Assembly: GCA_963665095.1 (NCBI GenBank)
Contig: OY762069.1
Location: 2,720,001-2,784,000 of the forward strand
Length of the DNA stretch: 64,000 nucleotides
Source: an uncultured Desulfobacter sp.
GTDB lineage: Bacteria > Desulfobacterota > Desulfobacteria > Desulfobacterales > Desulfobacteraceae
Direction of reading: 5' to 3'
The position numbers were made by a program, and so were the translations under genes. The first letter of the stretch is position 1. Each line of letters opens with the position of its first letter. This document shows, piece by piece, positions 30,128 to 40,344 of the stretch. The notes under the pieces are model-generated. The model ran no database searches. It had not been told where the DNA came from and saw only the letters and a list, made by a program, of their open reading frames with translations.

Positions 30128-31064
30128 ATGCCGTCCCTCCCGTAAAATTTTCAAATTTATTTGAAACTGCCGTAAGGAGAGCTGGAACAGCACTGATGTA
30201 CCAATATGTATCTGTCACCTGGGCGTGCCCCAAGTAAACGCTTAAAGCAAATATCATTTGATCCAATTTTTTGCCTTCATCAACCCATTTCATTAACCTT
30301 TTGACAGCGAAAGTGTGACGGAAATCATGAATTCTCGGCAGTCTTTTGCCTGTACCTGTCCAGCCCAGAGACAGGCGCAGCTTCATAAAAACGTATAACA
30401 CCTGGCGATAATTTAGCGAGATTCCCTTTTCACTGATAAAAAATTTTTCTGCTGTTGCCTCAGGATGACAGACGTTCCGGAAAGTTAAATATTCCTGCAG
30501 TGCCTGTGATGTTGAAGTGCTAATCGGGACCAATCTTGATTTTTTGAATTTTGTCTGGACTACAGTGATGATGTCCGTTTTCAAATCAATATTTCCCCTG
30601 GACAAATTGAGAGCTTCCGAGATCCTCAACCCGGTACTTAAAAGCAAACCAAAAAGAGTAGTATAGGTGTGAGGCTGCAAACCGTTGGCCGGTTTGAGCA
30701 GTGATGCCGCTTGTAATAAGGCGGTTATTTCTTCATCCGAATATATATGGGGTGACAACCGTCGCTTGGAAGAGCCAAGCAAGCCTTTTGGTGGGATCTC
30801 AGTGTGGGGATCAAAAAGGAACCGATATTTTGCAAAGCGTCGTACCACGTCATAGCGTCTTGCCCAATAAACAGGCTCTGTGCTTTTTGTTCGTTTTGCC
30901 CACCGTACCACAATTTTTGTTGTGATCGGTCCTCTGTAGCCGATTTGATCAGCATAGCAGGCAAAAAGGAGCAACTCTGTACCCTCACCACGCATCTGAT
31001 ATCCACAGTTTCGTTTAAATTTCAGATAATCTTGAGCAAGTTCAGTCATGGTTGCTATTTTCAT
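30117..31064 (-). CDS. Tyrosine recombinase RitB-like
   Basis: TGLRISEAL, TKFKKSRLVP, HDFRHTFAV, YLGHAQVTDTYWY. Confidence 0.92.
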   Translation of the reverse strand: MKIATMTELAQDYLKFKRNCGYQMRGEGTELLLFACYADQIGYRGPITTKIVVRWAKRTKSTEPVYWARRYDVVRRFAKYRFLFDPHTEIPPKGLLGSSKRRLSPHIYSDEEITALLQAASLLKPANGLQPHTYTTLFGLLLSTGLRISEALNLSRGNIDLKTDIITVVQTKFKKSRLVPISTSTSQALQEYLTFRNVCHPEATAEKFFISEKGISLNYRQVLYVFMKLRLSLGWTGTGKRLPRIHDFRHTFAVKRLMKWVDEGKKLDQMIFALSVYLGHAQVTDTYWYISAVPALLTAVSNKFENFTGGTAYEQ

Positions 31065-31975
31065 GATACCCTCCCGCTATCAATCGGCCAAGGCAGAGCC
31101 ACTTCTGAAAGCATCGGGATATCGACTTTTGTGTAAATCACAGTAGTGTCGATGCTTTTGTGTCGCAAAATATCGGCTATTTCTTTTATACTTACGCCTT
31201 GCTGAATCATATGGGTGGCAACTGTATGGCGAAGAATATGTGAGCCGTAAGAAGGAAGCTGAAGTCCGGCGCGTTTAAAAGAACGCCTTATGACAGCACC
31301 AACTGCACTTCCGGTAACCGCAGTGCCCAAGGGGTGACAGTGACGGACAAATACCCTACGTTCGGGTGTGGCAGGCCGACCTTTTTTTAAATAGGCAACT
31401 ATAGCTTCGCCGACATCTACTGGTAACGGGAGTTCATCCGTTCTACGACCTTTCCCCGCAGATAACCGGATAACTCCCGAATGCCAATCAATATCATCAA
31501 GCAGAAGATTCGCTACTTCATTCCGCCGTAGACCCAAACGAGATAGGCAAAGAGCGATAGCATAGCCCCGAAGACCATTTGCCTTTTTCCGGTCAAAAGA
31601 AGACAAAAACACTTCCAACTGATCTTGAGTTAAATATTGGGGTATATGGGCCAATTTCCAATCGGCGATTGCAGGAACTGCACACGCAACCCTGTCTTCA
31701 CATAGCCCCCTAAATATTAGAAATCTAAAAAAACTGCGTAAAGCATTTGTCATTGCTTTGAGCGTTGGAATGTTGTGAATTTTTTTTTGATCCATCATGT
31801 ATTTGATGACATCAACCGGCGATAGTTCAGCCAGTCGATCTTCAGAAAAATGGTCAGATTTCTCACATAAAAATTTTTGTGCATACCGTGAATACTGATG
31901 CTTCGTCTTCTCTTTAACTCCGGAGACTTGTAATAAAAATTTTTCGAAATCATTTACTATTGCGTAATGATCCAT
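31061..31975 (-). CDS. Tyrosine recombinase RitA-like (short, 304 aa)
   Basis: LGLRRNEV, LDDIDW, HILRHTVAT, LRHKSIDTTVIYTKVD. Confidence 0.9.
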   Translation of the reverse strand: MDHYAIVNDFEKFLLQVSGVKEKTKHQYSRYAQKFLCEKSDHFSEDRLAELSPVDVIKYMMDQKKIHNIPTLKAMTNALRSFFRFLIFRGLCEDRVACAVPAIADWKLAHIPQYLTQDQLEVFLSSFDRKKANGLRGYAIALCLSRLGLRRNEVANLLLDDIDWHSGVIRLSAGKGRRTDELPLPVDVGEAIVAYLKKGRPATPERRVFVRHCHPLGTAVTGSAVGAVIRRSFKRAGLQLPSYGSHILRHTVATHMIQQGVSIKEIADILRHKSIDTTVIYTKVDIPMLSEVALPWPIDSGRVS

Positions 31976-32150
31976 AGTTCTCTCCCCCCTGATTTTTATA
32001 TGTTAACGATTATTATTATGCTGAGTTAGGAGAGATATAATGGCAAGTTTATTTTAGAAATTCAGTCTATTACAGGAGGTGAGAATATTAACTAAACATA
32101 ATTTTGAACTCCGCATAATATGGTTTATGCAAAGCTTTGCATAAACCATA

Positions 32151-32278
32151 GTAACGGACCGTCTGCTCATATCGGCCGGGAATATGCGTCACCAGCCTGG
32201 CCAGCCAATCCAGAGCGTTGAAAGTCTTCCTGAACTTCCTGTCTTTCGATGTATAGACGACTTTGGCGGTAAGACCTG
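32151..32278 (-). pseudogene. IS91-like transposase, upstream fragment
   Basis: AKVVYTSKD..FNALDWLARLVTHIPGRYEQTVRYYG; continues into the 28651-29025 fragment when the RIT element is removed. Confidence 0.8.
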
Positions 32279-32404
32279 TGCGCCGGGTCAGGCAGACCCG
32301 GCACACAAGGTTTACTGGGGATTATTTATCTATTTTGCATTGAAAGCCTGGTGTATCCAAAGGATAGGAACTTCCTTTATCCTTTGGCAAGACCTTTAAC
32401 CCGG

Positions 32405-32613
32405 TTAAGGCAGAAGCGTTGCCCTATGGCGGGTAATAATAAACTGCCGGTCCGTTCCAACGGCAACCTGCCATACCTGGTGTACGGTCATGTCATAGGA
32501 CTGTCCGTCATAGGTTCTGGCCTGCCACCGGATATCAAGGTTGACTGAAAATCCTTTTTTCTGGGAGCCTGTGACTGCCAGGCCGGACAGAAAGTGGCTG
32601 TTCCACTGGATGG
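32405..32613 (-). pseudogene. 3' half of a secreted hypothetical gene split by a transposon
   Basis: TIQWNSHFLSG..ATLLP continues in frame from ..RQVIDTI at 35712 across the GATGG duplication. Confidence 0.8.
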
Positions 32614-32906
32614 TGTTGAGTCGCATTTTATCCTGACTTAAATTTTCTAATTATTTTGAACAGATTAAATCTTTTCCATATTATTTAAGACAGCTACAGA
32701 AGTCGCTGCGCTCCTTCTCAGTAGGTTTTTAAGGCATAGGCAGAACAGCTTGAATAAAGCAGAAAGGGGAAGCAGGTAATCCCCACTTCCCCTGGCGCAT
32801 TATTCAATGCTGCCTGCTTCCGGCTATCCCTTACCAGGTTGCTCCTCAGCAGAGCCCGGCTCCGTTTCACCGAAATCGTAATATTCTGCTCTATGGCTGT
32901 TTTTTC

Positions 32907-33716
32907 TTAAAAAATCTCCGATGAAGCAATGCGGACATGCTCTGCAGATACCGTCATTGATTTTTCTGCCGCAGCAGCAATCAATGAGCCTCTGGCAAGA
33001 TTATTCGCCTTTCGTAAAAGGCCGCCGGAGCCTTGATGAATCGCAGTCACCGCCTGGTCAGAAAAAAAGTTGGTGTCAACACCGCATAGTTTTAAATGAT
33101 GGATCAGGTAAGTTTTCATTCCAGCCACATCCAGACCATCCAGATGGCTTTTAGCCACAATCCTGGATGCAAACGGGATTGACGTCCGGTACTGAAGCTT
33201 ATCTATCAATGTCGGCTGACCTGCAAGGATCACAGGCAGCCAGGGCATGGCGTCTTTTTCAAATTGAACCAGGGTGTGAAGTTCGGCAAAGACTTCCATG
33301 CGAAGCAGAGATGCCTCATCTATAATCAAAACGGTTTTGATCTTTTTTCCCAGGACGAATTCACGTATTTCATTTTTAATAATGGAGATCATAACAGCGC
33401 GGGACGTCGATGTCCGCTCTATGCCCAGTTCTTCAACAATCTGCCGGTAAAGTTCCATGATGGAACCGCTTGAGGCCGTAACATAAAAGACTTTGTATTC
33501 CGAAGGGTGTAGGGATGAGGCGGCATACCTTAAGGCGGTGGACTTTCCGCTGCCCACATCCCCTGTGATAACCGCACTGCAGCCAAGTCTTAAGGAATAA
33601 TCAATCCGATTTTTAACGCCCGAGACCTCCGGGGTGACCAGGATATCATTGATTTCTATCTGTGCCGGGAAGGCCTCCCTATATAAGCCAAAAAAGGTAC
33701 GATACATTTCACTCAT
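32907..33716 (-). CDS. ExeA-family AAA ATPase (transposition helper)
   Basis: TGDVGSGKST, LIIDEA, ILAGQP. Confidence 0.9.
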   Translation of the reverse strand: MSEMYRTFFGLYREAFPAQIEINDILVTPEVSGVKNRIDYSLRLGCSAVITGDVGSGKSTALRYAASSLHPSEYKVFYVTASSGSIMELYRQIVEELGIERTSTSRAVMISIIKNEIREFVLGKKIKTVLIIDEASLLRMEVFAELHTLVQFEKDAMPWLPVILAGQPTLIDKLQYRTSIPFASRIVAKSHLDGLDVAGMKTYLIHHLKLCGVDTNFFSDQAVTAIHQGSGGLLRKANNLARGSLIAAAAEKSMTVSAEHVRIASSEIF

Positions 33717-34969
33717 AACAGTTGCCCTCCCTTGTAATTTGAGGGTTCAGGCATAATCCGGATATCATTTTCGTTCCAGCGGTGCCGCTTGACCCGACAG
33801 TTCACAGCAAGGTCCACCGGGGTTAACAAGCCATAAGACTTTGCTTTATAGATAACTTCAGCCTGCAAAGGGGTGTCCTCATGGTACTTTACATCCACAT
33901 GTCTGCCGATCAGCGCAACCGGGGCCTCAAACATGTTGCCGTCAAGGGTGATGGTTCGGTCCTTTGCCACCTTGCGCCGGGCGGTTTTGCGGAAGTGGTC
34001 TTTCAGATCCGGTGGGGCGGTACGGATGCACTCCATGGCCGAGGTAAATCTTTTAAACGGTGATTCGCCTGTGGAACTGTGTTTACGCTGATGGTACTCA
34101 TTATGAAGCCACTTCTCAAACGCCCCATTCAGATCATCCAGGGTCTTACCTGTAAATCTTTGCAGAAACTGAAGCCGAACCGTTCTGAACCAGCGCTCGA
34201 TTTTACCTTTCCCCTGGGGTTTATATGGCCTTGCATGGATTAAAGCGATGGACAGAGACGCGGCTACATATTTTAAATGATGGGATCTGAACGCAGGACC
34301 GTTATCTACATACAGCTTGCGGGGAAGCCCGCGGCTCAAAAAAGCTTGCTCCAGTACCATAAGATAGGTCTTCAGATTCTCAGATAAATAAAAACCTGCA
34401 GCCGTAACCAGCCTGGAATGATCGTCCATAATGGCAATCAGGTACGTTTTTCTTTGCTTATCCTGAACCAGGACTGTAGGGCCGTGCATGACGTCGCTTT
34501 GCCACATATCATTGGGGTGCGGGGCTTCAAACTTTCTTCTATCCTCTGGCCGGGCCGTGTTCATTAGCCCCCGGCCGCGTAAAAAACGGTATACACTGGA
34601 TGGACTGTATGTCTGGCATGTAGTTTTTTGAAGTGAACAGATCAATGTATCGACTGTCGCATCAGGCTGGTCTAACCGGAGTTTGATTAGTTGAGATGCA
34701 GTCTCGTCATCGAATACCCTTGATTTTCCCTGGTCTGAACGGTCTTTGGGGTAAAGAGATTCTATTCGACCGTTATACTGCCGGACCCATCCCAGAATCG
34801 TACTTCTGGAAAGCCTGGTCCTTCCAGAATACGGGATGGACCATTTGCGGGCGCATTTCTGCTGTAAAATTCGTTCTTTTTCACCGTAATCAAAATTTGT
34901 TCCGGTCACAAATTCACAAATGACCCCAAACCTGAACACGGCAACCTCTTTTTTCTGATTTTCTGTCAT
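33713..34969 (-). CDS. DDE integrase/transposase (rve core, Mu-transposase-like C-terminus)
   Basis: WQSDVMHG, DDHSR, YVDNGPAF, GKGKIERWF. Confidence 0.93.
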   Translation of the reverse strand: MTENQKKEVAVFRFGVICEFVTGTNFDYGEKERILQQKCARKWSIPYSGRTRLSRSTILGWVRQYNGRIESLYPKDRSDQGKSRVFDDETASQLIKLRLDQPDATVDTLICSLQKTTCQTYSPSSVYRFLRGRGLMNTARPEDRRKFEAPHPNDMWQSDVMHGPTVLVQDKQRKTYLIAIMDDHSRLVTAAGFYLSENLKTYLMVLEQAFLSRGLPRKLYVDNGPAFRSHHLKYVAASLSIALIHARPYKPQGKGKIERWFRTVRLQFLQRFTGKTLDDLNGAFEKWLHNEYHQRKHSSTGESPFKRFTSAMECIRTAPPDLKDHFRKTARRKVAKDRTITLDGNMFEAPVALIGRHVDVKYHEDTPLQAEVIYKAKSYGLLTPVDLAVNCRVKRHRWNENDIRIMPEPSNYKGGQLL

Positions 34970-35072
34970 ACTTCCTCCTTAAAATTTGGTTCTAAGGGCT
35001 TGTATGACAGTATGATCCTTCGGTAAATCACAGCCTTCGGTAGGGTGGTTTAAACCTGATCCAGCCCCATGG

Positions 35073-35519
35073 TTAAATTGAACTGGTAACCGGGATTTTA
35101 CCCATACCGATTAGCTTGATAAAACCAGCAACCACACCTTTGTCCCAACTGTTGGACAGGTAGGCCGCTATATTTCGTTTCAATGCAGTAAACCAAAAAT
35201 GCTGTCGACTCCAGGAGAGTTCCGGCAGATACCGGTCTGTGTATAGACGACTCATAATGCTGGTAAGGATTTGCCAGATACTGGCCTGGAACCTCTTGAA
35301 AAAACCATATGGCTTCAATTTGAATACGGTTTTGCAATAGGGGCAGCGATATCGCTTCAAATACACCCCTTGATCAAATCCATCAAAAAAGGAGAGTACA
35401 AAGCCGTGTCCCCACAGCCTGGAGTCGTTGCAATGTGGACATCGTGACGGTTTTGGCCATGTAAAATTTTTGCCCTGCTTGAAAATTTGCTTGATATCAG
35501 CTTTGACCTTTATTATCAT
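35073..35519 (-). CDS. Transposon-associated Cys-rich protein (DUF6431-like)
   Basis: CPHC..LWGHG..RYRCPYC; first gene of the transposon. Confidence 0.75.
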   Translation of the reverse strand: MIIKVKADIKQIFKQGKNFTWPKPSRCPHCNDSRLWGHGFVLSFFDGFDQGVYLKRYRCPYCKTVFKLKPYGFFKRFQASIWQILTSIMSRLYTDRYLPELSWSRQHFWFTALKRNIAAYLSNSWDKGVVAGFIKLIGMGKIPVTSSI

Positions 35520-35711
35520 TTTTATGGTTGTTTTGGGATTTTATAAATCCCGGTCTTAAGGGCGAGGCTCTGCAAAGCTTTTCGCCCTTTTCATTTTTGT
35601 CAGAATGCTTTGATCAGAACCTGTACAGGATAATTTGAGAAAAATGGAACTTTGTCAATTTAATATGAAAAATTTGGCGGGTTTTTGTTCAGGTTATTTC
35701 GGGAATCTACA

Positions 35712-36020
35712 GATGGTGTCAATCACCTGCCGGTACCATATTAAAAAGTCCTTAACGCTTTTAATGGGAAAATCGGGAAACGCCATATCCACCCGGGCCG
35801 GGTCAAGATGGGATGTAAAATATTCAGGTTCTTTCTGGTGGTCAAAGCCTGCAAACCAGTTATAAACAAATGCTTTGACATCATTTTCACTATAATTGTT
35901 TCTGGCTTCAAGACTATAGGTCCGGGTACTTTTCCCAAAGGCTGCTGCCGGAAAAACCAGAACCATGGCAGTTAAAATCAAGAGCCCCTTTTTTTTGATA
36001 TTTTTTAAACACATTGCCAA
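35712..36020 (-). pseudogene. 5' half of the secreted hypothetical gene split by the transposon
   Basis: Signal peptide, VKAFVYNWFAGFDHQ..WYRQVIDTI. Confidence 0.8.
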
Positions 36021-36053
36021 TCCTTTTTTTTAAAATAATGGTTGAAGAAAAAA

Positions 36054-37034
36054 CTATTCCATGGAAGCAACAATTTTGCCCCGGACATGTCTGTTGGATA
36101 ACCGGGTCAAGGCATCGGGAACATCTGAAAGAGAGATGACCTTTGTCAGCATGGAAGAGATCTTTTTTTGCGCCATAAAATCCATCATTTCCCGGCCCAT
36201 TTGGGCAAGATCCTTCTGGGACGGGATATCCCCGGAAAGATGCGCCCCGCCCAACGCGCTTTCATGAATGGAGATTGCCCTGGTAAAAGGGGTGATCCGG
36301 GTGAAATCCGGCAGCCCGTCAACGCAGGCCAGGTGGCCGCCAAATGCCAGCCGTTCAAGGTCCTTTGTGGCGGCCTGGCTGCCAATGGTGTTGATGGCCG
36401 CATCAACACCCCGGCCGTTGGTGATCTCCAGAACCCTTGCTGTGACGTCTTCCTGGCTGTAATCAATGCAGTGATCCGCCCCCAGAGCCCGGACCGCTTC
36501 AAAATTGGCTTTTGAGCAGGTGGTGATGATTGTCAGCCCAAGCTGGCCGGCAAGCTGGATGGCAAAGCCGCCCACCCCGCCGGCACCGCCATGGATAAGG
36601 ATGGTCTGGCCTTTGGCAGGTTTGATTTTCCGGCTTAAAATCTGCCAGGCTGTAAACCCTGCACAGGGAATGGCTGCGGCATCTTCAAAGGAGATATCTT
36701 CGACAACAGGTGCCAGGATATGGGTTGGTGCCAGTGCATAGGTTGCATATCCGCCGGGCCTGGCAAGATTGCCATGGTAGTAAACCCGGTCGCCAACCTT
36801 AAACCCCAAGTTTTCCCCGTCAATTTCAGCAATAACACCAGCCACGTCAAGACCCAGGATATGGGGCCATGACCATGCATCATTGCCGTTGGCCGCAGTT
36901 TTGTAGTCAACCGGGTTTAACCCCACAGCCTTGACCTCTATCAATGCATGACCGGCTTCAACAACCGGTTTTGAAACCTCGGCAAGTGCCAGGGTGTCAG
37001 GGGGGCCGGGCTGGTTTAATACAAGTGCCTTCAT
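36054..37034 (-). CDS. NADPH:quinone oxidoreductase / MDR-family dehydrogenase
   Basis: VGLNPVDYK, ILGLDVAG, IHGGAGGVGGFAIQLA, RGKIV. Confidence 0.92.
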   Translation of the reverse strand: MKALVLNQPGPPDTLALAEVSKPVVEAGHALIEVKAVGLNPVDYKTAANGNDAWSWPHILGLDVAGVIAEIDGENLGFKVGDRVYYHGNLARPGGYATYALAPTHILAPVVEDISFEDAAAIPCAGFTAWQILSRKIKPAKGQTILIHGGAGGVGGFAIQLAGQLGLTIITTCSKANFEAVRALGADHCIDYSQEDVTARVLEITNGRGVDAAINTIGSQAATKDLERLAFGGHLACVDGLPDFTRITPFTRAISIHESALGGAHLSGDIPSQKDLAQMGREMMDFMAQKKISSMLTKVISLSDVPDALTRLSNRHVRGKIVASME

Positions 37035-37081
37035 AATGAAAATATCCCTTTTTAAGTTTAATGAATTAAAAATTCTAATGA

Positions 37082-37657
37082 TTATTTTTTCAATGCTTTT
37101 CCCTCATGCCACGGCTTTCCGATCCGCTGCCCCAGGGACCAGTAATCCACCTGCATGAAATCAAAAAGAATGGGGTCTATTTTTTCAAGATCCGGTTTAT
37201 CCCCGTTAAGACAGGCCTCATCCACGTATGTATTGACGATTTCGCCAATAAATATTTCATGAACGCCTATGGCAATGGTCCGGGAAAGGCGCAACTCCAT
37301 TGATACCGGGCATTCACTGATCAACGGTGCATGGTCAAGGGTGCCTCTTTCCACAGTAAAAACATCTGACTTGTCTGTTTTTTTACCTGAAACAATACCC
37401 ACAAAATCGGTTTGTTTCAGCAACTGCCTGGAGGGGATGTTAATGCTGAACTGTTCATGTTCATGGATGCCCTTGTTGGTATAGTGGGCACGGTTCACGC
37501 CAATGGATAAAAATCCCGGGATATCCCCTGATGCATGGTTCATGATTCCCACATGGGCAATGGTCAAAAAGTTGGGTTTGCCAGCCACATCCGCTCCCAC
37601 AATTGTTGTCAGGGAGGGGTATAGCGCGTTTGCCGGGCCAATGTTTTTTCGTTTCAT
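37082..37657 (-). CDS. Flavin reductase-like (flavoredoxin) protein
   Basis: FSINIPS, GIVSG..DKS, APLISECPVSME, HEIFIGEI. Confidence 0.9.
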   Translation of the reverse strand: MKRKNIGPANALYPSLTTIVGADVAGKPNFLTIAHVGIMNHASGDIPGFLSIGVNRAHYTNKGIHEHEQFSINIPSRQLLKQTDFVGIVSGKKTDKSDVFTVERGTLDHAPLISECPVSMELRLSRTIAIGVHEIFIGEIVNTYVDEACLNGDKPDLEKIDPILFDFMQVDYWSLGQRIGKPWHEGKALKK

Positions 37658-37687
37658 TTTCAGACCTCTTTATGGGTTGTAAAATTG

Positions 37688-37701
37688 GTTGTACATACAA
37701 A
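37688..37701. promoter_or_regulatory. Putative MarR operator GTTGTACATACAAA (second copy at 38222-38235)
   Basis: Identical quasi-palindrome (TTGTA-CA-TACAA) just upstream of both the flavin reductase and marR starts. Confidence 0.7.
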
Positions 37702-37773
37702 CTATCAACTGCATTTAATTTTTGCAGAAACGATTTAAATGATTCAGGTACAAAAGCCTTTCCTCTATTATTT

Positions 37774-38208
37774 TTATCCGTGCTGCAATTTCCTGCCGGC
37801 TTCAAGGCAAAGGCGGGTCAGTTCATCTCCATTTTCTTTGCCCAGAATGCGGCTGTACCGCTCGTAAAGATTTGCCCAGACCTCCTGGATACTTTCTTTA
37901 AGGGCAATGCCTTTTGGGGTTGGGTATATGTAAGTTTTGCGGCCCTGAACATCCTTGGTCAAAAGCTGTCGTCTCACCAGGGCGTCAATAAACCGTGAAA
38001 TCGTTGACGGTGCAAGGTTCATCCCTTCACAGATCTCTTTTTGTGAGATGCCGGGGGATTCAATGGCAAAGGTGAGCAAAAACGCATAGGACGGCGTCAT
38101 GCCAATGCCGGCAAACTCCTCTTCCCCCATTCTTGAGATGTCACGGGCCAGGCTGTTGGCCGTAAAAAACAGGCAGCATTCCAGGGGATTATTTTTTTTG
38201 CATTCCAT
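37774..38208 (-). CDS. MarR-family transcriptional regulator
   Basis: CCLFFTANSLAR, PGISQKEI, LAPSTISRFIDAL, TPKG. Confidence 0.9.
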   Translation of the reverse strand: MECKKNNPLECCLFFTANSLARDISRMGEEEFAGIGMTPSYAFLLTFAIESPGISQKEICEGMNLAPSTISRFIDALVRRQLLTKDVQGRKTYIYPTPKGIALKESIQEVWANLYERYSRILGKENGDELTRLCLEAGRKLQHG

Positions 38209-38470
38209 ATCAATTTCCTTAGTTGTACATACAAATAAAGCATTTCCCTGCCTGTGTCAATACCGGAAAGCGACCGGACCCAGGACCAAGAGGGGTAAAT
38301 TAATGTAACATCTGTGATGATAATGCATTTTGCGTAATCACTAAAAGAGTCATGAAATATTCGGGCTTGGGCCTTAGCTCTGGATTTGGGTCCGGCCTTG
38401 TCAGATCTGGTCATATAGCTCCAAAAACCAAAGTCTGTGGTGAACAGATACAGATAAGAACTTGCTTTTA

Positions 38471-38886
38471 TCCGCCCTGGATGTATCCATCCAGGCCCAG
38501 ATTATCAATCTTCTCATTGACCTCCAGCAGGAATTCGATCTCTCCTATATTATCATCTCCCATGACCTTGCCGTGGTGGAATACATCTGTGATAGAATCG
38601 CCGTCATGTACATCGGCAAAATCGTTGAATTTACAACCTATGATAGATTGTACAGCGACCCCAGGCACCCCTATACCCAGGCTTTGCTCTCCGCAATCCC
38701 TCAACCGAATACAGGGGCAAAAAAACAGAGGATTGTCCTGGAAGGAGATGTGCCCAGCCCCATTAATCCCCCTTCGGGGTGTCGTTTCCACCCCCGGTAT
38801 CCCCGGGCAATGGAAATCTGTAAACAAAAAGAACCCGAACTGGCCGATACCGGCTCAGGCCACCAGGTCGCCTGCCACCTGTACTA
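38471..38886 (+). pseudogene. Orphan C-terminal fragment of an oligopeptide ABC ATPase
   Basis: Starts at [10 protein letters not shown]; no Walker A or N-terminus; GCRFHPR..VACHLY. Confidence 0.8.
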
Positions 38887-38947
38887 TCCCCGGCATTATA
38901 CACCCAGGAGAACTGAAACTAAAAATTTAAAAGTTACATACAGTGGG

Positions 38948-39964
<1,017 letters not shown>

Positions 39965-40344
39965 TCATGGTCTGAATGCACTCCATTCTATACAACGGTC
40001 AAGTTCTGCATCATATTTTTTTACAAAGCTGTCAAGTAATGTTTTTCTACGGTATTTTGAAATCCCCACCATATTGTATTTGCATGCCCATCGGCTGTGG
40101 GATAAACTTAGATCGTTATTCATGAAAGCCTTTCCTTTGTGAATTTGAGCGGTTCACTGCTGGAAGGGCTTTCATTTATTCCCGTAAATGTCAAACTCTG
40201 ATGAGTCCCACGGCAAATAAGTGCAATTACTTTCGATCATCATTGACATGCTACTTTTTATCAATAGAGGCAAGGGATCTTTTTCATAACAAAAAAAAAT
40301 TTCAAGTTTGATGCCTACAGGACCTATGGCGGGGATGCCCGGCG

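Larger units (their letters stand above)
29026..32150 (-). mobile_element. RIT (recombinase-in-trio) element
   Basis: Three overlapping tyrosine recombinase genes; 29-bp perfect IR (29019-29047 / 32097-32125); repeated TTATGC(G/T)GAGTT sites; AACCATA at both junctions. Confidence 0.9.
32614..35711 (-). mobile_element. Three-gene Mu/Tn7-like DDE transposon (Cys-rich ORF, DDE integrase, ExeA-like AAA ATPase)
   Basis: TGT...ACA ends with imperfect IRs; 5-bp direct repeat GATGG at 32609-32613 and 35712-35716; interrupts a gene. Confidence 0.88.

Noticed and set aside
32837..32871. Hammerhead-like words (GAAA and CTGAGGA) on the minus strand
   Set aside because: Only one hairpin lies between them; there is no stem III/cleavage triplet plus stem I arrangement
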